A stretch of DNA of 61,511 nt, taken from contig DATAQW010000424.1 of assembly GCA_036264445.1 (NCBI GenBank), positions 1 through 61,511 on the forward strand. Reading direction: 5' to 3'. The position numbers were made by a program, and so were the translations under genes. This document shows positions 1-9,161 of this stretch, piece by piece. The first letter of the stretch is position 1, and each line of letters opens with the position of its first letter. The notes under the pieces are model-generated. The model did no database searches. It was not told the DNA's origin and saw nothing but the letters and a program-made list of their open reading frames with translations. The stretch comes from Pseudacidobacterium sp. Its GTDB lineage: Bacteria > Acidobacteriota > Terriglobia > Terriglobales > Acidobacteriaceae.

Positions 1-860
1 GCGCTGATCTCAGCCAGCCGGGCGTACCCGCTATCGTGAATTATCTGCAATCGCTCAATCGTCCTGTCGAACCGAATTGCCAGTCCACCCACTACTACCT
101 GGTCAACAACTACAATCCTGGATACAACGGTGACGGAACGCTAGCCAGCCAATATTCGCCGTTCACTATCCCGCCGACCTCGGTGCGGCACATTGGCGAT
201 GCGCTGTTGGAGAAAAACATCTCCTTCAAGTACTACGGAGAAGGTTGGGACCTTTATGTAACCGACCCGACAGGCGCAAACACCTATGACCGCTACTGCA
301 ACATCTGCAATCCCTTCCAGTACGCCACCGATATTATGAGCAACCCCGCCATGCGCGAAGCTCATATCAATGACACTACAGGACTCTACGAGGACATCGA
401 TACGGAACAGCTTCCTGCTGTGTCCATCGTGAAACCAAGCGGCTTTAATGACGGCCACCCGGCTTCTTCGAAGATCGATCTCTTTGAGGGCTTTGTGAAG
501 AAGATCGTTGACCAGGTCCAGGCGCATCCAAAACTCTGGGAAAGCACCGCCATCTTCATCACCTTTGACGAGGGCGGCGGTTACTATGACTCTGGCTACA
601 TCCAGCCTGTAGACTTCTTCGGCGATGGAACCCGTATTCCTCTCATCGTTGTCTCCCCGTACTCCAAGGGCGGCATCGTTGACCATGAGTATGGTGACCA
701 TGTTTCGCTCATCAAATTCATCGAAAAGAACTGGGATCTGAAGCCACTGACAGACCGCAGCCGCGATAACCTGCCGAATCCAAAGACGCGGAAAGGCGAT
801 CCATACGTTCCAACAAACAGCCCGGCATTAAGCGACCTGAGCGGAGCATTCAGGTTTTGA
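1..860 (+). CDS. Phosphoesterase / phospholipase C family protein (AcpA-like), 5' end truncated by window
   Basis: Frame is open from the window edge. Family motifs LPAVSIVKP, DGHP, TFDEGGGYYD, GTRIPLIVVSPY and DHVSLIKFIE. Confidence 0.85.
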   Translation, partial: ADLSQPGVPAIVNYLQSLNRPVEPNCQSTHYYLVNNYNPGYNGDGTLASQYSPFTIPPTSVRHIGDALLEKNISFKYYGEGWDLYVTDPTGANTYDRYCNICNPFQYATDIMSNPAMREAHINDTTGLYEDIDTEQLPAVSIVKPSGFNDGHPASSKIDLFEGFVKKIVDQVQAHPKLWESTAIFITFDEGGGYYDSGYIQPVDFFGDGTRIPLIVVSPYSKGGIVDHEYGDHVSLIKFIEKNWDLKPLTDRSRDNLPNPKTRKGDPYVPTNSPALSDLSGAFRF

Positions 861-969
861 CACGAAATGACCGCATCGCCTATCACTACACGCATCCGCG
901 CCAGATCCAAGTCTGGCTGCGGATGCATTTTTTCATTCTGTAAATCAAAGTATGTTTGTTTAAGGTTGT

Positions 970-2034
970 ATGAGGTTAAAACTTCCGATCCTTCTCGTCG
1001 TTTACGTAACGTGCTTCTTTCTGCAGGACAACCACCTCATCATTGCTGAGTCTTCTGCATCGCAAAATCCTTATAGCATTCAGCAGAAATGGCCTCTGAG
1101 CGGCGCAGGAGGATGGGGATCGCTGTTTGTAGACACGGCCTCACACCAGCTCTATGTTCCACGCACCGATCGGGTGGCCGTGATCGATACATCGACCGGC
1201 AAAGAGCTTAGTGAAATAAACGGTCTTGTGGATGCAAGAAGCGTAGCGCTTGTCCCTCCAGGCAGATATGTCTATGTAACTGACGTTACCGACGGCAAAG
1301 CCGGCTTCGTACGCGTTTTCGAACGCGCAACCGGAAAACTCGTCACGTCGATCTCAACTGGAAGAAATCCAGATGCTGTTGTTTTCGAGCCTGGAACGAA
1401 GACAGTTGCTGTCTTCAGCCGCCGCGATCAAAACGCGACACTCGTGCAGACAAAGTCCAATCAGGTGGCTTCTGTTCTAAGGCTTCCAGGATTTCCGGCG
1501 GGGGCTATAGTCGACGGCACAGGGAATATTTTCGTTTTGATCGAAGACAAGAATCAGTTGATACGCATCGACGCTAAAAGTGGAAGAGATATGTCCACAT
1601 GGGAGCTTCCCGCCTGCCAGGCACCCACAGGACTGGCAATCGATGCAAAAAATAAGCTCTTATTTGCGCTGTGCGAAAACCGCACGTTAACTATTGTGCG
1701 CACCGACAATGGTGCTCTTGCTGCCACCATAGAGCTGCCGGGAGGGGGTCCCGGAACAGTGGCCTTCGATGCGCAGAGAAAGCTGCTTTTCGTCGCTGAC
1801 GGTGGAGGCGGCCTTATTGTCATTCAGCAGGAAGATCCGGAGCACTACACCGTCCGCCAACGCCTCGACATTTTGCCTGGGTCGCATGTGCTCGCCATCG
1901 ACACATCTGAGAATCGCGCCTATTTGATAGCGGCGGAATACACTACGAGAACCGACGACGTGTCAGAGGAGCTGAAGCTACGCCCGGCTCCCGCCGCGGG
2001 GAAATGTTCCGTTATTGTCGTGGGACCTTCGTAG
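970..2034 (+). CDS. Exported YncE/YVTN-type beta-propeller protein
   Basis: N-terminal signal-like segment and repeated beta-blade motifs (VAVIDT, GRNPDAV, PTGLAID, VAFDAQRKLLFV). Confidence 0.75.
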   Translation: MRLKLPILLVVYVTCFFLQDNHLIIAESSASQNPYSIQQKWPLSGAGGWGSLFVDTASHQLYVPRTDRVAVIDTSTGKELSEINGLVDARSVALVPPGRYVYVTDVTDGKAGFVRVFERATGKLVTSISTGRNPDAVVFEPGTKTVAVFSRRDQNATLVQTKSNQVASVLRLPGFPAGAIVDGTGNIFVLIEDKNQLIRIDAKSGRDMSTWELPACQAPTGLAIDAKNKLLFALCENRTLTIVRTDNGALAATIELPGGGPGTVAFDAQRKLLFVADGGGGLIVIQQEDPEHYTVRQRLDILPGSHVLAIDTSENRAYLIAAEYTTRTDDVSEELKLRPAPAAGKCSVIVVGPS

Positions 2035-2070
2035 AACCCTGACTTGTATCCCAGCGTACTAGAAGTGCTA

Positions 2071-2107
2071 GAAAATGAAAGAAGCCGCCCGGCAACAGGG
2101 CGGCTTC
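2071..2107 (-). terminator. Rho-independent terminator
   Basis: GAAGCCGCCC/GGGCGGCTTC stem followed on the minus strand by TTTCATTTTC. Confidence 0.8.
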
Positions 2108-2158
2108 CTTCGTTTAGGGAGAATAGTTCCAACGGAGGCAAAACCATCAGAACTTTCT
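2073..2158 (-). ncRNA. Candidate small RNA (~85 nt)
   Basis: Lies between a consensus sigma70 promoter (2165-2193) and an intrinsic terminator (2081-2107). Has a 5' hairpin and CCUCC/CUCCC motifs, and no credible ORF. Confidence 0.65.
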
Positions 2159-2164
2159 GGCGAA

Positions 2165-2193
2165 ATACTATGGGTGCGCCGGAGGGGTGTCAA
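2165..2193 (-). promoter_or_regulatory. sigma70-type promoter TTGACA-17-TAGTAT
   Basis: Minus strand reads TTGACA cccctccggcgcaccca TAGTAT, with an AT-rich tract upstream. Confidence 0.75.
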
Positions 2194-2389
2194 GGCAAAA
2201 TCCCTAAAGATATAAATAATTAAAAATCAATAAATTACGGGTGCAGGTTTAACCGGGAAGCCAAAATCTTTTCTTTGCTTTTTGTTCACTAAATAGGCGC
2301 GCGCTGCAATCTAACTTTTTTATTTTGTGATGATTAGCTTGGATATGCACTACTTATGATGCAATTCAGACAACTGGCAGAGGAAACTA

Positions 2390-3498
2390 CTATTTCAACT
2401 TGAGGCTGATGAATTGTTCATCGTTCAGCGATGAGGGAGGTTGCCGCGCATCCGCCGAACCAGCGCTCGTCCGCCGCCAAAAAAGAATCCCATGATGATG
2501 GCGGCGCCTCCGAGTATGCCAGTAAGTGCAGCAATGCCTAGTAGAAGCCGCGCTGTCTTCGACGCCTCGCTTACATAACCTTCCGGGTGATCCCATGTCA
2601 CATTTGCGCTGTAATTCACTGCATCGAGAAGCTCACGCGCCTCATTCGCAGAAAAATTTCCGCTGGTAACAGCGACGATTGGCCCGCTGCGGCGAACCAG
2701 CAGGCTGTCTGGCGCACTCTGAGCAAGTGACTGCGGCCATGCGGCCTGCGGTGTGTTGCCCGCCTTAAACAACGCCTGAATCGCCTTCTCACGGCCAATG
2801 GCAAGCTGCGGCGTAGGATACATCAGGAGCGTAAGCGTGCCGCCGCCGCTCGAGGAAGAATACCTTGCCGTCACTGCTTCGGCATCACGGTCAAATCCGA
2901 CGATTCCTGGTGGAAGCACACCTCCGCTGCGCGCATAGGATTCTGCCCCAACCGCGTAGCGAATACTGGTGGGGTCGAGCGATGTTGCCGGAAGATACTT
3001 CGGAAGTGGCGGAGGAATGGCGCTAGGGCCTCCGGGCTGTGGCAAATTTCCCGCAAGTTCCCGCAGCTGCGCCGCAGACATCGCAGTGAGATGGTCGAAG
3101 GTCGCATCCACCAGCGTCGCACCATCCCAGAAGAGCACGTGCGTACCGTCAAATGCGCCTTCTGCGCCAATATCCTCTTTTTGCATGCCTGGGCGCCGGT
3201 AGAAGGTGAATGCACCGTACGCTCCGGTTGCGTCCTCAAACCGAATTGCCCGCACGTTTAACTTATTGTCTGGTTGCGTATAAGTGGCTGCTGCAAATTG
3301 CGCTAATCCGTATTCGCGCAGTACAGCAGCATTTGCCTGGTCGGCTGCTTCAGGAACAGTGCTCTGCTGTGTAGGCGCTGCCTGGCGCCATCCGGCAAAC
3401 TCAGCCGGCAATAGTGGCGGCTGCGAAGACACACCCGGGGCTTTGTACGCATACAGCTGGACGGAAATAAACGCGATGAAAAACAGACGGCGCAACAT
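2390..3498 (-). CDS. Exported, C-terminally anchored conserved protein (DUF6599-like) with an apparent 1-nt frameshift near the 3' end
   Basis: Signal peptide, FEDATGAYGAFTFYR motif and a C-terminal TM helix. The ORF stops at 2425, but one extra A at ~2441 gives the tail GKPPSSLNDEQFISLKLK* ending at 2390. Confidence 0.65.
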
Positions 3499-3641
3499 AA
3501 CTGCCTGTTTTTGAGACTACCACCGTAGACGTTTGTATGCAGAGTTGCAAAATTCAGAGCAAATCTATCGTCTGAGTGCCTCATCCTTTGTGCAGCAAAG
3601 GGTAGGAGTTTACACCTATTTCCCTAATCCCCGTTTTTCTC

Positions 3642-5990
3642 TTAATTTCCGGTGGGCCGCGGGTTGCTCTGCGCAATCCGGACTCCGCTCAGGCTGCTGG
3701 CATAGCGCGCGACGCCGCGGTAGAGAGATTCCGCAATGCGCTGGCGGTACTCTGGATCGCGCAGCTCATGTGCATCGTCAGGATTGGTGAGGAAGGAAAT
3801 TTCCGCGAGGATCGACGGCATGTTAGCTCCGATGAGCACGACGAAAGGAGCTTTCTTTACGCCGCGGTCTTTCAGGCCAGGGTTTCCACTTTCAAGTCCG
3901 GAATAGAGACTCTGCTGCACATCAGCGGCAAATTCGCGTGATTCGCTGATCTTGTCCTGCAATGCGATCTTCTTCACCAGGTCAGAGAGCTGATGGATGG
4001 ACTGATCGGAAACCGCGTTTTCGCGAGCTGCTACTTCGAGCGCGTCGGCAGATGTTGTGAAGTTCAGGTAGTAAGTCTCGACTCCACGTGCAGATGAATC
4101 GGAACTGGAGTTCGCATGGACTGAAATAAACAAGTCAGCCTGCGCCTTGTTCGCGATCGCTGTGCGAGTTTCGAGCGGAATGAATGTATCGTCGTCACGG
4201 GTGTAGATCACGTCTGCGCCGAGACGCTGCTTGAGCAGTTTGCCCAGGCGAAGGGCCACATCAAGCACGATATCCTTCTCTTCAATACCTCCGGGCCCGA
4301 GCGTGCCGGAGTCATGGCCACCGTGTCCTGCATCGACGACAATACGGCCGATTTTCAGCCCAAGAGCACGCACCATGGAACGCTCGCCGGCGGCAGTAGG
4401 CTGCGCTTCATGAATGGGCGGTGCGTTTGTGCTTGTGCTCGAATCTGGTGTCGGTAACGCAGTTTTGCTGCTCTTCTTCACAGGTGGGGGCGGTGGAATG
4501 TTCTCCGCTTCCAGCTCATTCGGCTGCTCCTCCGGCTTCGTACCTGCAACCGACTGGACAACCGGCGCCGTAGTCGGGTGCTTTGTCGCCTTTACGCGAT
4601 TCGGCTGGCGGTCAAGCGTCGCGATGTCTTTGAGTGATGAGTCCGGCGTAGCGGAGTCAGCAGCAGACTGTTGTGGTGCTGAAGTTCGCTGCTGAGGCTG
4701 CGGCAAGGTCACAGCCGGTTGCGGAGGTGGCTGCTTTTTGTATGCAGAGGCTTGAGTTGCGGACGGTGTATTTGCCGGAGCAGGAACAGGAGGCGCGGTT
4801 TGCACAGAATGTTGTACCGCTGCAATGGATGGAGCAGCTTGTGCGCCTGGCTTCCTGCCATGCACATCAATGATCAGACGCCAGGGATTCGGCAGCAGAA
4901 ATGCCGAATACTCGCTCACGTCGCTTACATCGAGCACAACGCGCGTCACATCATTTGAGAACTGAGCAGCGCGGACACGTTTCAGAAATCCATCATCGGT
5001 TACATCAAAAGATTTGCCCACCAGTTCCGGAGCAAGTTTTGCTCCATGCAGATCGAAAAAGATGCGATCAGGGCCGGGAACGCGCGATGCCTCGTACTGC
5101 ACTTGATCCTGCAAGTCGATGGCGACACGCGTATATATAGGTGTCGACCAGTGGCGGATGCCGGTCACTAAAGACAGCTTGCCTTTGCGCGGAGGAGGAA
5201 GAGCGTTCATTGCGGCTTCGCTCAGCTTCGACTGGTCAACTGTGGACTCCTGCGTTTGTGCAGGAGCCGCAGGTATAGGCTGCTGCTCAGTCTGTGCTTG
5301 CGTTTTCTGCGGGGGCGCAACGGCCGGAGCACTTTGCTGTGCCGATGTTTTTGGAACAGCCGCGGCAGGAGTATTCGCAGGTGCAGCCTGGGCCTGAACC
5401 ACCGGAGCAGGCGTACGCTGCCCGGGACGTTTGCCGTGCTTTTCGGCAACTTCTTCCTTATGTATATTGCTCAACTCCACACGCGCTTCATCAGCCAGAG
5501 GGCTTTTTGGATAGAGCTTAAGAAATTGCTGGAAGGTCGCTTTGGCGTTGTCGCGGTCTTCAAGATCACGGCGATAGATTTCGCCTTCCGTCAGCAATGC
5601 ACTGAAGCGAAGATGACTGCCCGGATATTGCTTCCGCAAAAATTCATACTGCCCGATCGCATCCTGCAGCGATTTTTCATCCTGAAAGACGCGACCTTGT
5701 TCTGCAAGAAGATCGGCAACTGCCGAAACACTCGTGTCGGCTTTCGGCGATGCCGGATCACGGTGATATACCACGCGATACGCATCCATCACACGCTCAT
5801 AATCACGCCGCGTCCGCTGCTGCTCAGGACGGCCCTCTAACGCCTCACGCAGCCGCTGCGCCTTTTCATAAGGAGACAAGGGTGCGTGCTGCGCCGCAAA
5901 GACAGGGGAAAAGCAAAGAGCAAAAAGGAGCGGGTAAGCGCTGATGCGCAGAAGAAGCGTGCGTCCTCCGGAGGGGTAAGGGTGCGACAT
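3642..5990 (-). CDS. N-acetylmuramoyl-L-alanine amidase (Amidase_3) with TPR-like N-terminus and AMIN domain
   Basis: IVVDAGHGGHD, EKDIVL, LFISVHANS and MPSILAEISF catalytic motifs. AMIN-like TRVVLD, and P/Q/A-rich linkers. Confidence 0.92.
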   Translation of the reverse strand: MSHPYPSGGRTLLLRISAYPLLFALCFSPVFAAQHAPLSPYEKAQRLREALEGRPEQQRTRRDYERVMDAYRVVYHRDPASPKADTSVSAVADLLAEQGRVFQDEKSLQDAIGQYEFLRKQYPGSHLRFSALLTEGEIYRRDLEDRDNAKATFQQFLKLYPKSPLADEARVELSNIHKEEVAEKHGKRPGQRTPAPVVQAQAAPANTPAAAVPKTSAQQSAPAVAPPQKTQAQTEQQPIPAAPAQTQESTVDQSKLSEAAMNALPPPRKGKLSLVTGIRHWSTPIYTRVAIDLQDQVQYEASRVPGPDRIFFDLHGAKLAPELVGKSFDVTDDGFLKRVRAAQFSNDVTRVVLDVSDVSEYSAFLLPNPWRLIIDVHGRKPGAQAAPSIAAVQHSVQTAPPVPAPANTPSATQASAYKKQPPPQPAVTLPQPQQRTSAPQQSAADSATPDSSLKDIATLDRQPNRVKATKHPTTAPVVQSVAGTKPEEQPNELEAENIPPPPPVKKSSKTALPTPDSSTSTNAPPIHEAQPTAAGERSMVRALGLKIGRIVVDAGHGGHDSGTLGPGGIEEKDIVLDVALRLGKLLKQRLGADVIYTRDDDTFIPLETRTAIANKAQADLFISVHANSSSDSSARGVETYYLNFTTSADALEVAARENAVSDQSIHQLSDLVKKIALQDKISESREFAADVQQSLYSGLESGNPGLKDRGVKKAPFVVLIGANMPSILAEISFLTNPDDAHELRDPEYRQRIAESLYRGVARYASSLSGVRIAQSNPRPTGN

Positions 5991-6107
5991 AAGCAAATTT
6001 CAGAGGCACACGCCCAGAGACATCTTGATTATAGGTGTGGCGTTGCGAGTGAGCAACGGAAGAAACAAGAAAGAAACAGGAGGAAATTGGTATTGAAATC
6101 GGAATAG

Positions 6108-6189
6108 AGCTAAGAAGCGGATGGCTAAGAGCACAGATAGCGACACAGGCATTACCGCCATCCGGATTTTAGCCACCCGCTTCTTAGCT
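6108..6189 (-). repeat. 21-bp inverted repeat with 40-nt spacer just downstream of alaS
   Basis: AGCTAAGAAGCGGATGGCTAA (6108-6128) and TTAGCCACCCGCTTCTTAGCT (6169-6189), matching 20/21. Confidence 0.8.
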
Positions 6190-6192
6190 TTT

Positions 6193-8889
6193 TTACCCAG
6201 CTAACTCCTCCACTACCTGTGGAGCACTCTTCAATGCGGCATCCAGTTGACTAGCATCCTTACCACCAGCCTCCGCCATGTCGGGACGTCCGCCACCAGA
6301 TCCGCCGACCAGCTTCGCAATCTGGCCGACGAGCTTTCCAGCCTGCACTTTTCCGGTGAGGTCTTTGGTCACGCCAACAATCAGTGCGACCTTGCCTTCT
6401 TCCTGCGCCGAACCAAGCACGACCACACCAGAGCCAAGCTTCTGACGAAGGTTGTCAACCAGCGTGCGCATCTGTCCTCGGTCGAGTGAATCGACGCGCT
6501 GGGCGAGCACCTTAATTCCCTTCACTTCGACGGCCTGATCGGCTGCATTCGAAACTGCTGAGGCAGCAGACTTCATGCGCATCTGTTCCAGTTCGCGGCG
6601 AAGTTTTTTTAACTCTTCTTCCTGCGCGCCGAGTTTCTGCTTCAAGGCATCAGCAGGCGCCAACTCCACGTTGGATGAGAATTGCGAAGCAAGTTGCGCC
6701 ACCGCGAAGTCGCGGCGAAATTCATTCAGCGCGCCAAATCCGGTAACCGCCTCGACGCGGCGTACGCCTGATGAGACACTTCCCTCGCCGAGCAGCTTAA
6801 CAACACCGATTTCGCCCGTAGCCCCCGTATGCGTGCCGCCGCAAAGTTCGGTCGAGAAGTCGCCGATCTTCACCACACGCACCTTCTCGCCGTACTTTTC
6901 GCCGAAGAGCGCCATGGCGTGGTACTCGTTGATGGCGACGTCGATAGGAACATCTTCAAGCGTCTCGACGCGGATGTTTTTGAGGACTTCCTTATTAATA
7001 AGGTCTTCGATGTCCTGCAGCTCTTCATCGGCGATCGAAGTGAAGTGTGAGAAGTCGAAGCGCAGACGGTTCGGTTCAACCAGCGATCCGGCCTGCTTCA
7101 CATGTGTCCCCAGGACTTCACGCAGCGCGGCATGAAGCAAATGTGTCCCCGTATGATTACGGCGCGTAGATGCGCGGAAATTGCCGTCTACGACCGTGTC
7201 CACCTTGTCGCCCAGTTTGAGCGGCTGGCGCAGAATCGCCTTATGTGCAAAGACTCCCTGCACTGGTTTCGTGCATCCGCTCACATCAGCAACAACGGAG
7301 TTGTGATCGTCAGAATAGAGCCAGCCCGTATCGCCGATCTGACCACCCGAGTCAGCGTAAAAGCTGGTGTGGTCAAGCACGACTTCAACCGCATCTCCGG
7401 GATTCGCCGTCTGCACTCCCTGCCCATCCTTAATAATGGCGAGCACTTCCGCCCCTTCGACTTTTAGCTGGCGGTAGCCTTCGAAGTCAGTCTTCGGCAG
7501 TTCGCGGAAAGCAGGACTGGCCGACTGCTTTGCGCCACCTTTCCATGAGGCGCGAGCGCGGGCCTGCTCTTCGGCGCGGGCTCTTTCGAAGCCTTCGAGA
7601 TCGAAGTGGATGCCAGCGTCGCGCGCGGCATCCGTCATGAAATCGAGGGGCAGGCCGTATGTTTCATAAAGATGGAAAGCCTTATCGCCTGTGAGCGAGC
7701 CTTCCAGCATGGCGGCTTGCAATTGACGCGAGCCAAGTTCGAGTACTCTTGCAAACTGCCGCTCCTCAGCCTCAACCACCTTCACGACACGATCCGCGCT
7801 TTCCTTCAATTCCGGATACGCATCCTGCATCTCATCGCGAACGGCATAGACCATGTCGCGCATGAAGGGCTTTTCCTGTCCAAGCAGACGGCCGTGCCGA
7901 ATGCCGCGGCGAAGAATTTTGCGCAGCACATAGCCGCGTCCTTCGTTCGCAGGAAGCACTCCATCAGAAATGAGGAATGTCCCAGCACGGGCATGGTCGG
8001 CAATGATGCGTAGCGAAGCATCGGTTGGTGCATTGCCATCCTGATATTCCGTCGAAGTCAGTTCGCCCGCCTTCTGAATCAGCGGTGTAAATAAGTCTGT
8101 TTCGAAGTTCGAAATCTTTCCTTGCAGCACAGCGGCGGTGCGCTCAAGGCCCATGCCTGTATCAATCGAAGGCTTGGGCAACAGGTTCAACTCGCCCTGC
8201 GCGTTGCGATCGAACTGCATGAAGACGAGGTTCCATATCTCCACGTAGCGGGCATCGTCCTGGCCAAAGGGCTTGTCTTCGCCAGTCTCCGAAGCCTCAA
8301 TGCCCATGTCGTAGAAAATCTCCGAGCAGGGACCGCAGGGGCCTGTGTCACCCATCTGCCAGAAGTTGTCCTTGCTGCCGTATTCGTGGATACGGTTGGC
8401 GGGCACTCCCTGAGCAAGCCAAAGATTGTAGGCTTCTTCATCGCGAGGAACGCCATTCTCGCCCTTGAAGATAGTCACGTAAAGCCGGTCCTTCGGAATG
8501 CAGAACCACTCCGGTGAGGTCACAAGCTCCCATGCGTAGGCGATGGCGTCTTTCTTGAAATAGTCGCCAAAGCTGAAGTTGCCCAGCATCTCGAAAAACG
8601 TGTGGTGGCGGCGCGTAAAACCTACATTTTCAAGATCGTTGTGCTTGCCGCCCGCGCGCACGCACTTCTGCGAAGTCGTAGCGCGTGAATAATCGCGGTG
8701 TTCCAGCCCGAGAAAGACGTCTTTGAACTGGTTCATGCCCGCGTTGGTAAAGAGCAGCGTGGGGTCACTGGCAGGAACCAAAGAAGACGAATGCACGCGA
8801 CGATGCCCCTTCGTCTCAAAAAACTTCAGAAAGGTTTCCCGGATATCCGAGCCTTTCCACTTTTTTTTAGGACCAGAACTGGATTGCAT
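6193..8889 (-). CDS. alaS: Alanine--tRNA ligase
   Basis: [33 protein letters not shown], editing HTGTH and ELCGGTH motifs, and C-terminal [11 protein letters not shown]. Confidence 0.99.
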   Translation of the reverse strand: MQSSSGPKKKWKGSDIRETFLKFFETKGHRRVHSSSLVPASDPTLLFTNAGMNQFKDVFLGLEHRDYSRATTSQKCVRAGGKHNDLENVGFTRRHHTFFEMLGNFSFGDYFKKDAIAYAWELVTSPEWFCIPKDRLYVTIFKGENGVPRDEEAYNLWLAQGVPANRIHEYGSKDNFWQMGDTGPCGPCSEIFYDMGIEASETGEDKPFGQDDARYVEIWNLVFMQFDRNAQGELNLLPKPSIDTGMGLERTAAVLQGKISNFETDLFTPLIQKAGELTSTEYQDGNAPTDASLRIIADHARAGTFLISDGVLPANEGRGYVLRKILRRGIRHGRLLGQEKPFMRDMVYAVRDEMQDAYPELKESADRVVKVVEAEERQFARVLELGSRQLQAAMLEGSLTGDKAFHLYETYGLPLDFMTDAARDAGIHFDLEGFERARAEEQARARASWKGGAKQSASPAFRELPKTDFEGYRQLKVEGAEVLAIIKDGQGVQTANPGDAVEVVLDHTSFYADSGGQIGDTGWLYSDDHNSVVADVSGCTKPVQGVFAHKAILRQPLKLGDKVDTVVDGNFRASTRRNHTGTHLLHAALREVLGTHVKQAGSLVEPNRLRFDFSHFTSIADEELQDIEDLINKEVLKNIRVETLEDVPIDVAINEYHAMALFGEKYGEKVRVVKIGDFSTELCGGTHTGATGEIGVVKLLGEGSVSSGVRRVEAVTGFGALNEFRRDFAVAQLASQFSSNVELAPADALKQKLGAQEEELKKLRRELEQMRMKSAASAVSNAADQAVEVKGIKVLAQRVDSLDRGQMRTLVDNLRQKLGSGVVVLGSAQEEGKVALIVGVTKDLTGKVQAGKLVGQIAKLVGGSGGGRPDMAEAGGKDASQLDAALKSAPQVVEELAG

Positions 8890-9161
8890 ACCTTGAGTTT
8901 ACCGGACTTTGAGACGATGCCAGAAAAACTGCAGCTTCCTCCACTCCGCTGCACTACGGTCGGAATGACAAAATGATCTGCCTGGCAGCCAAGGCTATAT
9001 ATGTCCCCAAAACATAAGAAAATAAGCAGCCAACCATCCTTATGAATTCCTTTTGTTACCCTTACTACCTGCTTATACCCGCTTGCATAGGCTTGAGTGT
9101 TTGCGACCCCCAAGCGCGTAATGGGCTTGTGTCTGTCTCGCAAACGCAACTTAGTGAGGAC

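Noticed and set aside
2195-2389. AT-rich intergenic tract as a foreign-DNA or origin signal
   Set aside because: It is short, shows no clustered DnaA boxes or iterons, and fits an upstream promoter element.
4400-5450. P/Q/A-rich low-complexity stretches in the amidase
   Set aside because: These are ordinary flexible linkers flanking the AMIN domain, with no tandem DNA repeat.
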